From NCBI GenBank assembly GCA_013265495.1, contig MU058844.1:9940184-10002183 (forward strand): 62,000 nt of DNA, read 5' to 3'. The translations under genes were made by a program, and so were the position numbers. Shown piece after piece: positions 49,131-61,990 of this stretch (its first letter is position 1; every line of letters starts with the position of its first letter). The notes beneath the pieces are model-generated. The model was not told where the DNA came from. It worked only from the letters and a program-made list of their open reading frames with translations, and did no database searches. The stretch comes from Vicugna vicugna. Its lineage: Eukaryota.

Positions 49131-51851
49131 CTAACAGACAAAGAACCTCATCAGCACCTCATTTACTAGTCCAGCTCGTACCCCTGAGTATCAAATTCCA
49201 GCCCTGTCCAAGCATCTTGCTTTCCTAAAAATACACTGTATTGCATATTGCCGTCAGTAAGAGCCAACATTTTCAGCTTACACTGTTTTCTTTTGAGGGG
49301 GGTGGTTTTTACTTTTGGTAATATTGATGACAGCACTTAATCCATATTTAATATTCTTTAAGCAAAAAAAAAAAAAAGAATTGTATTATACCTGAGTACC
49401 TTGAGTAACAGAAGGGTTAACTGATAGACATAGCCTCAATTAGCCCATTGCCTGAGGATCATCTCAGGATATCCTCACGATTCTGCTATAAAGAACTGAA
49501 GAACTTGAGAGGTTTAATTCCAGACATCCGCATACAATGCAAACAGTTGCCAGATTGTGGAGGTCATGGCAACTCCCTGACACAACTGTCCAGGAATGAC
49601 TGGAATCATCTCACTCTAGTGCAGGCTCTAAGGTGAATGGTAACCAGGCAGATGTCACAGAGTCATAGAACACGGTGTCTGCACAAGGCACAGTGCACAA
49701 TGTCTGGCAAATATTAGGAGCTCGATCATGTTTGATAAATGAATCTATGAATGCGTGAATAAATGAATAAGGAATGGAAACTGGGAATGGAACATAAGCA
49801 AAAGGCTATGAGGTACAACTACCAAGCCATTTGGGGGGAATCTGTATAATCACTTCTTGAAATGTGTTGACTTTTCCCTTAAGAATCGCTGATCAGATAT
49901 TACTCTTCACAGGAGTAACCAAATTTGACAGAGCAATCTAGATTTCACCTTTCTGAAAAAGCCAAGTCCTCTGATTTCTTGGTGCAATGGACCTCAGCTG
50001 CATTGAATTCCTCACAGATAAAATTAGTCTATCTTTGAGTTGTCGTCTTTCAAAGACAAAATGAGCTGCTAGAGATGAGAATTTTTTCACTACTAAGGAA
50101 TTACACTGAATTTGTTTTGCTGAGTATTTTAAATATATTTATTATTGGAAACACATGGTAATTATCTGAGTATTACCTTTTTGCATTGTTATGCACCACT
50201 ATATGAAAACAAATGACTTAGACCATAACAGTGTATGGTTGGCATGTACACTACTAATTCCCAGGATCTCCAAGCAAGGGCTTTTATTGCATGCCCTAAG
50301 GATTTACAGATCAAAAAATATTCCTGTTGACATTAAGTAAATGACTCAGGAAATCCTTGTTAGAAGATTCAGAATCCACATCAGAGTTGACTTTTATCTA
50401 TTTATTTTCCTTTCTTTGGGAATCTTTTTGAATTTACCTATTTGAAATTCAAAAAAAAATTCATGGCAAAAGTAAAGAAGGTACATTTAAAATACATGTC
50501 ATAGAAGACACAAGATATGGAGACAAAAGTGATTTTTAAAAAATGTAACAAAATGGCATGTAATAAAGGAGGTCGTTTAAAGAAACAACCAGAGGGCAAC
50601 TGAATTTATCAACTGGACTCTACTCCAACTTGTATGTGTTACTAAAAACATAGAAAACAAGTTTATTGCCATAGCAGGAAGGGAACTGAAAAGGTCAGAA
50701 ACCGACTGAGCAAGAAGAATGGAAAGAGAAGGACTAGACTTATTAGCAAAAAACTGAGAATAGAATGGGGGGAAACTATTGTTAAATGGGAGTGAGATTA
50801 AAAACATTGAATCATAGAGACCAAAGGACTCTAGTCTAGTCCTCTTATTACAGATAGGAAAAATGACCAGAGAAGTTAACCATCTTCTTCAAGTTTAGAA
50901 GTTGGCTTAGATAGAAAGACAGCACTAAAAGCAAGATTATTTTGTGTTCTTCCCAATACACCAAAACGATAAGTTAATAATAAAGACCATCTAGCAATCA
51001 ATAGAATCCTTCCAAACCACCACTACAAAACCTAGAAACTTTACTAACTTCTCATGGGTATTCCATTAATATTAACAATGAATTTTTAAAACTACATGAA
51101 AACTAGTAATCTAGCCCAAATAATTAAAAAAAATTAAATTATAAAAATATCGATTTAAGCATGTGTATAATTTTTACAAAGTGATTTTACAAAAAAAATA
51201 TATAATATGTCTTTTCTTGAGCAGTAAAATATCCTTTCACATGGTCTGCTGTGGCTTTAGTAAAAATATAAAGCCAAAAATTCTTGATGTGTGAGTTGCA
51301 CTGTCATTGCAGATTGGAATTCTGGACCATGGCCATCTCACGTTGTTGCACACCTGATGGCACAAAGCTTCTCTGGATCACTGACTTCCTGCTTATGAAG
51401 ACTCAATATGCCTCTGAGTAGGAACTTGTCATGTGATAGTAATAAACAAGAGAAGTCGCACAAGTTGTCACACTATGGAACCGAAGTCAAACATCCCAAG
51501 ACTGTAACAGCCTTACTAGAATACTTGCACAGATTTTTTTTTTTATCATTAAAAGAATTGGAAATATCCAAAATGCTGGCTCATATTTAGGAAAAGTTGG
51601 AGGATTTCTCAACACTTAAAAGAAGTAAATTTATGAATGCAGAGTAGTAAATAAAATAGTCATTTTCTGGAATTCTTTTTAAAAATAACCTAGAATACAT
51701 AACGAGGCATGTGAATTAAACAAAAATATATAAGGAATGCCATTGATTTGGTCATAATGGAGAAAATCAGAATTTAAAATCACTATCTAATTTTACAAGG
51801 TTACAGAAATACATAGAACTTTTCCCTAAGCTTATAGGCAGGAAGACTTAC

Positions 51852-51976
51852 TGTTTTGTTGGTTGATGTTGCAGGGGTCCACAATAGGAACATGAATAGG
51901 TGCAAAACAAGTGGAGGAAACTCTCCAGGCATTTGCATGGAGTTGTGGGGTACCTTCTATCATGCCTGATGGAGAA
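51852..51976 (-). CDS. OTOGL: OTOGL e8 (125 nt, 2-1): SPSGMIEGTPQLHANAWRVSSTCFAPIHVPIVDPCNINQQN
   Basis: tctag acceptor, A|gtaagt donor; translated by hand. Confidence 0.94.
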
Positions 51977-52149
51977 CTAGAAAGTTAAGACAGTATTTTT
52001 TTTGTCTCTCGCATTCCTTTCACTCGTTCACGGTCGTCAAAAGTTGAAAAAAGAGAATATTATTTTTTTAACTTACAAAGAAACCTTAGGACTTGTAATG
52101 TTTTATTATATTTTTAAATATACATGATATTCACTTCCTATTATTAATA

Positions 52150-52315
52150 CTTTACAATGTGTCACACTGTAGACATACATGGTTTTATTTAATAATCATT
52201 TCAGCCTTGTGAAGGAAACACTATTATCCCCATTTTAGAGAGAAGGCGAAACAGAGGCTCAGAGAAACATTAATGTTCACTCAGCTGCAAAGTGTCAGAG
52301 CCAAGATTCAAATGC
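52150..52315 (-). mobile_element. MIR
   Basis: ctattatccccattttagagag...aaacagaggctcagaga...cagagccaagattcaaa. Confidence 0.7.
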
Positions 52316-52527
52316 AATTTGCATCAATTTAACAAAGTATCAGTCACACAATCAAACTATCCGTATGTGTGTGTGGTTTAGGGAGGTAGAGGTAGGAACC
52401 TACGTGATTCTTTTCAGGGTAGAGACAAACGTCCTAAAGAATAAATAGCCTATATTTCTGGTTCAATATTTCAATTTTCATGATGAGGCCTGAAATACTG
52501 AGGTTCCATTGTGCTGTTGGGCAAACC

Positions 52528-52579
52528 AACCAACTGAAAATTGAGGAGAAACAAACCAATTGAAAATTGAGGAGAAACA
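52528..52579. repeat. 26-bp tandem duplication (1 mismatch)
   Basis: aaccaa(c/t)tgaaaattgaggagaaaca twice. Confidence 0.9.
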
Positions 52580-54824
52580 GTATACAAGGCATTCTTCAGC
52601 CAAGTTTACTTACTTCTTCAGTTCCTTCAGCAAACCAAAATAGAAGAGAAATAGCTACACTGCAGGCTTATAAACCACAATGGTGTTTAAAAGCTAGACA
52701 TTAAAATGCCCTGTCCATTAGCCATCAAGATATATTAACTCATCAGCCAACAGTCAGTAAGTGACAGTCTTTATTGGATGCTCTGCCAAACACTGTCAGC
52801 AGTACTCAGAGAATCAGGTTAGACTGGGTCTCCTGCAGAAAGCTCTGACCAAGCCAAACTTGCCCAATGCAAGCCTTCGGCTACAACATGGCCAAATAGT
52901 AGCGTAGTCTTTGTTTCGGCTGAGTGTTCTCGTAAACTACATCTCTTACCTACATCTCGTAACTACATCGCTTACCATTTAGCTCAGTCACCATTGTGAA
53001 GCTGTGTGGAGTTTCTCACCACAGTGACTGAGAGGGAGCCTCACAGGCCAGTGCCTGAGGTCCATCACTTGTGTCCCTCCTTTCCCCTTTCCCTCCTTTT
53101 CCTACTCCTCAAAACAAAACCACTCTAGAACTGTCAAGAATTATAACAAACATCTAATCCGAAACCTCATTTTGTTGCAATGACTGAGACTCCAGGAAAG
53201 TGCATGACTGACACTAGCTCTTCTCATTCTTCCCTCTCCTTCCCTCTTCACCCCAACAAAGGATAACAAAATAGATCAAGGTGACGGGTGTATTCAAGGT
53301 TCCCAGGAAGAACTGGCTCAGAGCCTGGCTCTCTTATTTCATTTAGTTCACTTAAAACAATAAATACCAAAAAAAAAAAAAAAAAACTAAAATGTAGCCT
53401 CATTTATTTATTCCATTTTCAAATTTTATAAAATAAACTTTTAGCTTGCCAGAGTTAACTTACTATAACAAAGCACACAAAATAAATTTTCAAGCAACTA
53501 ATATTTTCCATTCCACTGTGTTTGCAGATTCACATTAACCTTTGTGAAGCAAAGAATTTTAACTGCACATGCTGGAAAGCTAAACAATGTTGGAAAGTTA
53601 TCTCTGACTCTGAAATATTATCCTGCACTGTTATCAGGCCTGAATGTTTATACACGGAGAAGACTGGTGCCTTAGAAAGAGGCAGACAGATCTGCCCTGT
53701 TAAACATTGACTGCTAACCTACCTTGACAAACAAGGAAGAGAAAGAAGGCTTAACATCTTCTCCACACATCTTGGACAAGCCACTTAATACCATCTCTGT
53801 TTCACAAATGTGATAAACATTGATATTCTGACTAATAAATTTAAAGAAAGACCTAAAACAAGTTAATCACACAGGAGACAAAAGGAGACTCTTTTTAAAT
53901 TAAAAAATTTTAAATGCCCATCCAAATTCTTTTCTTGATGCCAAATTAAAAGTCTTACCTCCACTAAGTTCAACTGCCTACTGCATGTAAGTTTCTATGT
54001 TAGTTCCTAAGAATACAAGGGTCTTTATTTTCAAAGCCCTCACAGTTTTCAATGGAAATCAGACAGATTAATGACAAATATTCATTGAAAACAGAGTCAA
54101 AATTAACTTTAGTGGGATACTGACTCACTTTCTGAACAAATAGTGACCGAAGTGGTTTAAAAAATAAATAGGAGTTCACGAGGAGAATTACGAAGAGGAA
54201 AGAGTCTCAAGCAGGAAAATATGCAGAAGTATTTTTTTAAATGGCATTTGGAGAATGGTTTCTCCATGAAATGTTCCCTGCCTACCCAGCCCACGCTGAC
54301 CTACTCTAAATGCCTGCTGTCCTGCTAGCCAGGACACTTAACTTTTTGAAATTATCTCCATATTTTTTTCTATAGTGTTTATTAATATTTTGCCTAAAAC
54401 AAATCATTTCTTAAAGATAGGAGTCTCCTCCCAATCTGCAATATAAACTCCTCGAGGATGGGAAACATGCCTTCCTGCCTTAACGGCCCCACAGTGCTTA
54501 GCACAACAGCAGGTACTCAAAGCATTTACACTAAATTACACACCGTGTCTTTTCGCGTGTAGGTGGAAGTGCTTTGTCAGTACAAGGAGTATAGACATAT
54601 TTCATTGCTTTTTCTTCTAATGAAACACTATCACAAAATTCAATTAACTTAGATGCCATAATGTTACTTTAGAGACATCACTCATATCTCTTATGATCTC
54701 ATATCATACCAAATGATATCAATATTATTAAAGTGTAATTTACTATCATTCATACCAAATGACATTCAGATTTTTTTAAGGCAGTGAAATTTTTAAAAAA
54801 TAGAATGCTGTTAAGCTCGATAGG

Positions 54825-55070
54825 TGGCAGAGAGCATGCAACGGGTACTCATTCTGTGGGTAGCCCTCAGGCTCTGAGCCACACTACCTAAATTCAAAGT
54901 GCAGCTCCACTGTATTTGAGCTAAGTGACTTTGAGCTATTTTCACTTGTCACTCTGAAGCCTCTGTTAGTTTCCTTATCTCTAAAACAGAGATACTAATC
55001 AGGGGATTACTACGAAATTTAAATACAACAATCCATGTAAAGCTCTTGGAACAATGATGACTAAGCGATT
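54825..55070 (+). mobile_element. MIR
   Basis: aattcaaagtgcagctccact...gtgactttgagc...ttccttatctctaaaa...catgtaaagctcttggaaca. Confidence 0.65.
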
Positions 55071-55159
55071 ATTAGTTAGTAAACATATTTAATGTAAGAA
55101 CGTATGTCCTCTAAATTACTAGTCATTAAACATGTCAGTTATACAAAGAACATACTTAC

Positions 55160-55337
55160 AGGAAATCATCCCTTATGTTCCCATTAAAAGTGCCACACAG
55201 ACCCAACGTTCTTCTTTTCCAGGCACTAGTGAGCTGAATATAAATTCTTTCCCCATCTATTGCAAACAGAATCTTTAAACCAAATGTGGTTTTTAGAAGA
55301 ATAAATAAGGATGACAGAGTTTGAATTTCAACAATTC
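55160..55337 (-). CDS. OTOGL: OTOGL e7 (178 nt, 1-2): GIVEIQTLSSLFILLKTTFGLKILFAIDGERIYIQLTSAWKRRTLGLCGTFNGNIRDDF
   Basis: tgcag acceptor, CT|gtaagt donor; VWD GLCGxFNG motif; translated by hand. Confidence 0.95.
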
Positions 55338-56229
55338 CTGCAGGAAAAGAACATACATAGATCAGCTTTGAGATGCACAGGCAGTGTCTGAAATGCTAAC
55401 GTGCAACACCAGGATTCTTCTTACGAGAGACTTCCTCCCAGTTCCTGCCCCTGTGCTCCAGGGCCAACTTTTGCTACCTTGTGCCTGCTTTCTTTTCTTC
55501 TATTTCCCTTCTGTCCTCCTTTCTGGGTCTTCAGTAGATATTTTTGATAGATTGTCAGGTCCGCATGGAATTTCAGTTGGCAAGCGTCTCATGGTGAAAG
55601 TGAACAATCCTTAGACATTTGAAATCTGATCTCTTATCCTTAACTCAGGTGTGTATTTGTATATGTGTATATGTGTGTGAATTTTTCTCCAAATTGGTCA
55701 TGATTCAATAAGGAAGTGGCACTTAAAAAAAAAAATTCCCCATTCCCTTGAGATTGCTGGCAAAAGGGAAGCAGATGACTTGAGAAGCACCCTTTATGAG
55801 ACACTTTAGAAACAAGAAACTTGTATTCAAGACTGAACTTGACTTTTGCCACCAGAAGAGTTGCTCCTTCACCTCTATTACAATTTCCGCCATCAATCTG
55901 GTCACCAAACTCAGAAATCTGAGACTCATTCTTTGATCATTTCCTGTCCCTTGTTGCCTTTCCCCAACCAACCCCAATCCAATCCATCACCAAACACACA
56001 CCACTTTTTTTCTAAATAAATTTTCAATCTGTTTTCTTCTTTCCATCTCTACTATCACTGCCTTGCATCAACTCCTAATTCCTTGTATGCCCTGCTTTAG
56101 TAACATCCTAACTGTTCTCCTGTCTAACATCTCTTAAAGCCATTTCCATACTGTCATTATAGTGGGTTACCAAAACAAAAAAAGGGGGAAAAAAGGCCAT
56201 ATCATTCTTCTCATTAAAATTGTTTACTT

Positions 56230-56313
56230 GGTTGAAGCATGAGATTGTTATCTTTGAACATAAAAATGGTCAAATAATAATAACTGCATATTCAATTTCA
56301 TATCAAGTTCAAC
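56230..56313. mobile_element. MADE2-like mariner MITE
   Basis: gttgaa...aaaaatggtcaaata...caatttcatat...ttcaac; short inverted ends. Confidence 0.55.
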
Positions 56314-56327
56314 ATCCTTGGCATCCC

Positions 56328-56448
56328 ATTGAGTGTGACCATGTAATTTATAATACAAATCAAGACAATTTCTGAGAGTGAAAGAGACTGTTACTAATAA
56401 CTATACTGGAACCCAAGTGTGAGGAACACCACAATGTATGATGCCCTG
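56328..56448. mobile_element. MER94-like hAT-Blackjack MITE
   Basis: gtgaccatgtaatttataatacaaatcaagacaatttctgagagtgaaag...taataactatactgg resembles MER94 as recalled. Confidence 0.65.
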
Positions 56449-56466
56449 CATATAAGGTCTTCCCCA

Positions 56467-56668
56467 TGGGATTAACTTAGATATATAGTAGATACAAACT
56501 ACTATATATAAAATAGGTAAGGAACAAGGATATATTGTACAGCACAGGGAAATATAGTCATTGTTTTGTAATAACTCAAATGGAGTATAATCTATAAAAA
56601 TATTGAATCACTATGTTGTACATCTGAAACTAATATTGTAAGATAATTATACTTCAATTAAAAAAAAA
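56467..56668 (+). mobile_element. 5'-truncated cetartiodactyl-type L1 3' end with poly-A and probable TSD
   Basis: agatacaaactactatatataaaatagg...gtacagcacagggaaatatagtca...tatacttcaattaaaaaaaaa; flanks ataaggtcttccc and ataaggcctctccc. Confidence 0.85.
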
Positions 56669-57216
56669 TAAGGCCTCTCCCGTTCTCATCCTCATCGAAT
56701 TCCCTATTCTCATCTCTAGACATTCTGCACTTACCTTCTTCATGCTGTAGCAATGGAAGCTAGTTACAGTTCCCCCTACACTTAGAATTCCCCTCCTTAT
56801 ATGCCTGGCAAACTTTCCCCATCTCCTTCATCCCAGCAACCCCTCAGTTGTTAATGCTCAATGAGATATCCCTTCCTTCAGAAAACTTCCCTGACCATAC
56901 CTGCATACCCCTCCCAGTGCTGGGTGAGCTGCACCCAGTCATTTAGACCCCCAAAGTCCCCATGCATATCTTTGAGTTTGTCATATTTTTAAGTGGCTGT
57001 TTACTTCTGTCTCTCCTCTTCCAAACTCTAGGCCACTTGAGACAAACACTAGTTCCCATAAACACGGTGGTCTTCACTAAGTCTGGCTGAGGACCTGGCA
57101 GCACACAGGCACTCAATAACTGTCAGCTAAGTCAGCCAATGGGAGAAGTCTCCATTTAGGTTGTGTTGTTGTTGTTGTTAATGTAAGAAAAGAACACCAG
57201 CAGCATTGCTTCTTAC

Positions 57217-57340
57217 CGTTCAGATTGAAGCCTTGATTAGGACTGGTGAGGAGCTGTCCTCCCCTACTAAGGGTCACTTGTTTGTTAAAATCATCTTCCA
57301 AAATTAGAGTTATAGACTGAAGGCAGACCAAGCCAAGGTT
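57217..57340 (-). CDS. OTOGL: OTOGL e6 (124 nt, 0-1): NLGLVCLQSITLILEDDFNKQVTLSRGGQLLTSPNQGFNLN
   Basis: tgcag acceptor, G|gtaaga donor; inside ORF 57113..57346. Confidence 0.94.
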
Positions 57341-58502
57341 CTGCATAAAAGATCAAATTATCAATTAAAGGAATGAGAGAGAGAGAGACATAGGAAGGCA
57401 CAAGGACAAAAAAAGAAGGAAATGGGAGAAGATGAGGGAGACAAAGGAGAGAGTACATATACATAAGAATTCTTGGTATATAGAAGATTTGCATCTTATT
57501 GTGAATCTTATGTAGCCCTGTTTACTAATAAAATATCTTTACATAGTACATTAAACACACCACAAACATATGTATACTAAACACAGATTATTAAATAGAA
57601 ATGTTTTCAATAAAGTGTCAATAATTATTATTTTCCATAACATATAATTAAAGTGCTTTTCCAAATTTATTTGTGGTATATATAAGAAATTCAAAATAGA
57701 AAAAAAGATACAGTAGATATAAAAAATATATTTTATATAGACATAAAAAATCAATAGATATGAAAAATTCAATATAGAAAAGAACAAAGAGAATTATGAT
57801 CCTATGCAGCAAGTTGACTCAAACTCTGACATACAGCAAAGGAAAAAAATCAAACTAAACGAAAGTAATAAAGTAGTTCAGAATTTTGTTAGAAACAACC
57901 ATTTTATGTTGGAATTAAACTAGAATAAAAGATTTTGGCAAAATTTTGACTACCTAATTTAGAGAGATGAGTAAAAGATCTGGGTTTCTTTGTTTACAAA
58001 TTATTGATGTGTTTATTCAAGAAAAGATCTAATAGAAATATTCCAGTGTGCTAAAAAATTCATCATATCTATTTAGAATGGTGTGAAACTTGTTAAATTC
58101 TGTCAAAAATCATCTTTAACATAGCAGTTTTGAAGTAACAAAAAACTTATTGCCTATTGTACAATCATGCATGAAATATTCCTTAAAACTATGCATAAAA
58201 ATACCATTTTTAAGGAAGAAAATGCAATAAATATGTAGTATTTAGTCTAAGACATATTTGTTTTCATATTTTAATATCTGAAATCAGGATACATGACATA
58301 ATTAATAGTACAACATAGAGTAACCATCAACATCGTTTCTTTCTTTGTAGTATATAGAATGATACACCTTAACAGTCACTGGTGTCTTATTTTTGAAGAA
58401 AACTATACCTATTCATGTTACCATTCTTACCCTAAATAAGTAGTTTGAGTCAAAAAAAAAAAAAAAAAGAACATCCCTCTGCTCGTTTTGAGATGTTCTT
58501 AC

Positions 58503-58648
58503 CTGCTCACAGTGAGCTTTCTGTAAAGTAATTGTGAATTTATCTTTCCCAGTTCCTTTTACAAGGATGTATTGGCACATTCCAATGAAAGAATAATGTC
58601 GACCATCAAAAGTAGTAAAATGAGAATCACCCACAACGGAGCACTGAA
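58503..58648 (-). CDS. OTOGL: OTOGL e5 (146 nt, 1-0): [49 protein letters not shown]; start of VWD2
   Basis: long pyrimidine tract with tgtag acceptor, CAG|gtaaga donor; VWD motif GDxHxxTFDG. Confidence 0.96.
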
Positions 58649-58656
58649 CTACAAAA

Positions 58657-58702
58657 AAGAAGAAGGAGGAGGAGGAGAGGAGGGGAGGAGAAGGAGGAAG
58701 AA
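58657..58702. repeat. (GGA/GAA)n tract forming the extended polypyrimidine tract of the e5 acceptor
   Basis: Seen directly. Confidence 0.85.
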
Positions 58703-59082
58703 ATTACATTTATTCTTAAAAATATATGGTCAACTTAGGGTAAATATTCATGCATCTGAAAGAATAACTAAAGTGTTTAAAATTAATTAGTTTGACAGAT
58801 TTACTAAATTATGTTTTTCAATTTAAATTAAAATTTATTAAATGATAGGTGTTCCACATATTTTTTAGATTTTGTATTACTTGTACTATTTTAATACATT
58901 TTTATCAAAGGTGTCTGCTCATACCTGTCATTTATTCAATTTTCAACTTATCCTCTGACAATTTGGATTTCTAGATCATTGCATCTCATTATATGAGAGA
59001 TGACCTTATAAAAATCAGTGTTCTCTTCCTCTTCAATTTCAAAAAAAAAGATATTTTCTTTAAAAACATTTAAAAAGATTAC

Positions 59083-59129
59083 CTGGACAGTCATGCTCAG
59101 TGCAGTTCCAAACTCCACCAACACATACA
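59083..59129 (-). CDS. OTOGL: OTOGL e4 (47 nt, 2-1): CVCVGGVWNCTEHDCP
   Basis: tttag acceptor, CAG|gtaatc donor; frame joins e3 and e5. Confidence 0.93.
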
Positions 59130-60200
59130 CTAAATGAAATGATAAAAATATTAATCTATTTGTATAGAGAAACTGATTAGTGTTTGCAATAATGTATTGG
59201 TTAACGTACCAAAATGTATCATAGTCTTTGGGTTTGGAATAATCTGACCTGAAAAATATCTCCTCAAAATTTCAATTAGCTGATAAATTATTATCTATTG
59301 CATGCCATATTTAAAAATCTATAAAGGTGATATGAAGGGAATACAGATTAGTCAAGAACAAAAATACTAAGCAAACAGAGAACTTCTATTTCTGTCCTTC
59401 TCTCATCACTTAAGCCAAAAAAGTTCACACACAATAAAGTATTTACCTATAGCATTAGAGAAGTATACATACAGAGTTAAGATTAATGATTTAACTCATC
59501 TACTAAAAATTTTAGAAGTTGGCTTTGAGGATCTTCAGACATTAAAAAGAAAGAAAAGACGTTCTCTTATGTAAGATGAATTCTGTCTCTTCCACCAAAC
59601 AGATAATGAATTTGGAGGACAGAGCAGTTTCTGAAAGGCAGGAACTCCAATCAGTGCCAAAGACAGGCTTAGTTATCCAACTGCATTTCAGTTACAGACC
59701 AAAGAGAAAAGAGCCTAAAGACATTTATACTCTGTTTCCTTTTAGACTGCCCTGGAGGGATTCACTCTTTGGCTATAATTGTCTTAGCTAATTCAAGAAG
59801 AAATTCTGAAAGTATCTAATCATGGCCAAAAATTGGTGATACGGAGAGTTACTTTTTAAAGTACTCAATAGAGAAGGCCAAGAGAACCATTAAGTTCTAA
59901 AAATGAAGCAGTGCACAAATTAGTGATTATGAATCACAAGAGAATTCAACAGATTCATCACATGGATATAAGACTTTATGGAGTTACTAAGGGAAGTGAG
60001 AAGAATGACATCATAAAAGAAAATACAGACAGTACCCCCACCACCCTGTCCCTGTACAGACTTCAAATAACATGAAAACTGTATTTTGGAATTTTTGGAA
60101 GAAAAATCAGAAACAAGTATATTTCTTTGAACATACGTCATGGTAAAGTTGTCCACTAGCCAGGTACCCAGAAATAATTGGCTGTCCATTGATCACATAC

Positions 60201-60309
60201 CATTCCGTACATTCTTGTTCAATTTTTGAACCAACTGAATAAGCTAATCCATGAAAATTACATGGGCAATTTTCCAAGGAGATACAAGTCCCATTTTCCA
60301 TTATGAGGC
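60201..60309 (-). CDS. OTOGL: OTOGL e3 (109 nt, 1-2): GLIMENGTCISLENCPCNFHGLAYSVGSKIEQECTE
   Basis: aatag acceptor, TG|gtatgt donor; overlaps ORF 60107..60301. Confidence 0.95.
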
Positions 60310-61548
60310 CTATTTAAGAAAAATATATATCAAATTCTCAAAATAAATAATAATGATTGCATCCTTTGAATGTAATAATTAAACCAACTTTTGTTGAACA
60401 CTTACTTATACTAGGTGCTGGAAATACAAATTTCTTTACTTTCAAGGAGTAGGCAGGACTGACCACTCTGTCTCAATCAATAGCTACCTTCTTAAAGTCT
60501 AGTTCAATGGTTTTCAACTTTCTTATCCCACGGCTTGCCATTAAAAACTCAAGGTTCGCAGTACAGAACCAAAGCAACTAAAGTCTCCCTGCTTTGAGGG
60601 AAGAGGGGAGGAGAGGAGGGAGAAAGTATATTCTGGTTTAATCTTTGTTTATTTCAAAGTGAGAGCTTTACACTATGATCACACAGATAATAAAGAGCCA
60701 GGCAGTGCTACTCTAAGGGCTAGCACAGCAGAACTGTGTTTGTTACTTCTCTCTAAGAGCAAAGGTGTCTAAGCAGTGTTACTAAGCACACTGATTCACC
60801 TGATCTTTTTTCAGAATAAGACTTTCTAGATGAAGGAAATATATGTATCGACGCATGGATTTATAGTCTGATGCAAACTCCTTATCTCATCATTGGCAAG
60901 TAACAAACAGTTCAGGCCTGACACTGGTCCAAAGTGCACTGAGTAGCGCTGGCAGAGCAATGGACCAAGGTCAACAGATCTGGTTCCAAGCAGTCCTCAC
61001 TCATGTCAAGTATATGACAGTGGGAAAACCACTTAACATCTCTGTGATTTTTTTTAATCTATAAAAATAGAAGGGTTTGGGTAAATCCTCAGTGTTCTTA
61101 TAAATGCCTATCAGTGTAGCAGATTTAAACCCCATCTCTATCATTTGCTATATTATTTATAATTTCAAATATTAAAGCTTGACATCAGAACTAAAATCTT
61201 ATACTGCCAAAATGTGCAAGGTTTTTTTTTTCCTGAACTTGATTTCATCTTTAAAAAACGAAAATATATAAATTATTAAAAATCTTTAGATATTCACGAG
61301 AACATCAGATCTGCCATGGATAACTTCAGGACTCTAGATTTCAGATTTCCTGGGAAATTTACAAAATAATAAGCCTTTTATTAAAGAAAAGAAGCCATTG
61401 CTTCCAGTCACTTCAAGGATCAAAGCTGACAAGAGTAGAAAATCGCAGCAGCTCTAACACCCTGAGAGAGGACATTGAGACATGAGTCTCAGATCACTGG
61501 GTACTATTTCTATGAGTGCAGACATGGTTTCTCTCATGAAGCACTTAC

Positions 61549-61674
61549 CATCTGGACAGTAACATCCATCCAGACAGTGGAGATTGCTCCCAAGACACTG
61601 TTTCTCAAACGTGCAGGTTGGTGGGCAACAACTGATACAGTCCCGATGGACGAAGCTGTCATCACATTTATCAA
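61549..61674 (-). CDS. OTOGL: OTOGL e2 (126 nt, 1-1): DKCDDSFVHRDCISCCPPTCTFEKQCLGSNLHCLDGCYCPD; TIL1
   Basis: tttag acceptor, G|gtaagt donor; inside ORF 61454..61717. Confidence 0.95.
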
Positions 61675-61883
61675 CTAAAATGGGCAAACAGGGGAGCTGT
61701 AAGTCAACTTTATTCACCTCTCTTTCAAAATGATTACAATGTTTTTGAAAGTATGCAAGTTTACCAATGTTATTGCATCAATAACGAATCTTCGCAATAT
61801 GTTAGTTGTGAGTACTAGGGTAAGTTTAGGATAAGACTAAAATTAACGAAAGTACACAAGGCTTGGAAAACAAGAAAACGTAC

Positions 61884-61990
61884 TGCATGCTGGAAAGTCA
61901 TCTCTCCAATCCTGAATAGGGTAGCCAGCGTGGGAACAGGCTCTAGCGTACTCAGTGGCTGCCCGACAGTAGGTCTCATCGTCGTGAGTT
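61884..61990 (-). CDS. OTOGL: OTOGL e1 (107 nt, phase 2-1): THDDETYCRAATEYARACSHAGYPIQDWRDDFPAC; end of C8-1
   Basis: cccag acceptor, A|gtacgt donor; translated by hand, absent from the ORF track. Confidence 0.92.

Larger units (their letters stand above)
55780..57120 (+). mobile_element. L2 carrying nested insertions
   Basis: caaactcagaaatctgagactcattctttga, ccaatccatcaccaa, and 3' ctggcagcacacaggcactcaataa; approximate. Confidence 0.7.
2361..61990 (-). other. OTOGL: OTOGL gene body, partial (26 coding exons; both ends lie outside the window)
   Basis: Spliced translation gives VWD-C8-TIL-E assemblies plus an AbfB-like insert. Peptides such as [41 protein letters not shown] and VSLESAERPNYFLYVH match otogelin-like as I recall it. 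All phases are compatible. Confidence 0.96.

Noticed and set aside
319..61678. Most 60-150 aa ORFs in the supplied track as independent genes
   Set aside because: They are antisense or off-frame shadows of OTOGL exons, repeat-derived, or low-complexity, with no recognisable domains or splice support.
2361..61990. OTOGL pseudogenisation or U12/non-canonical introns
   Set aside because: All 26 exons are open and phase-compatible, every donor is a U2-type GT, and none has GTATCCTT.
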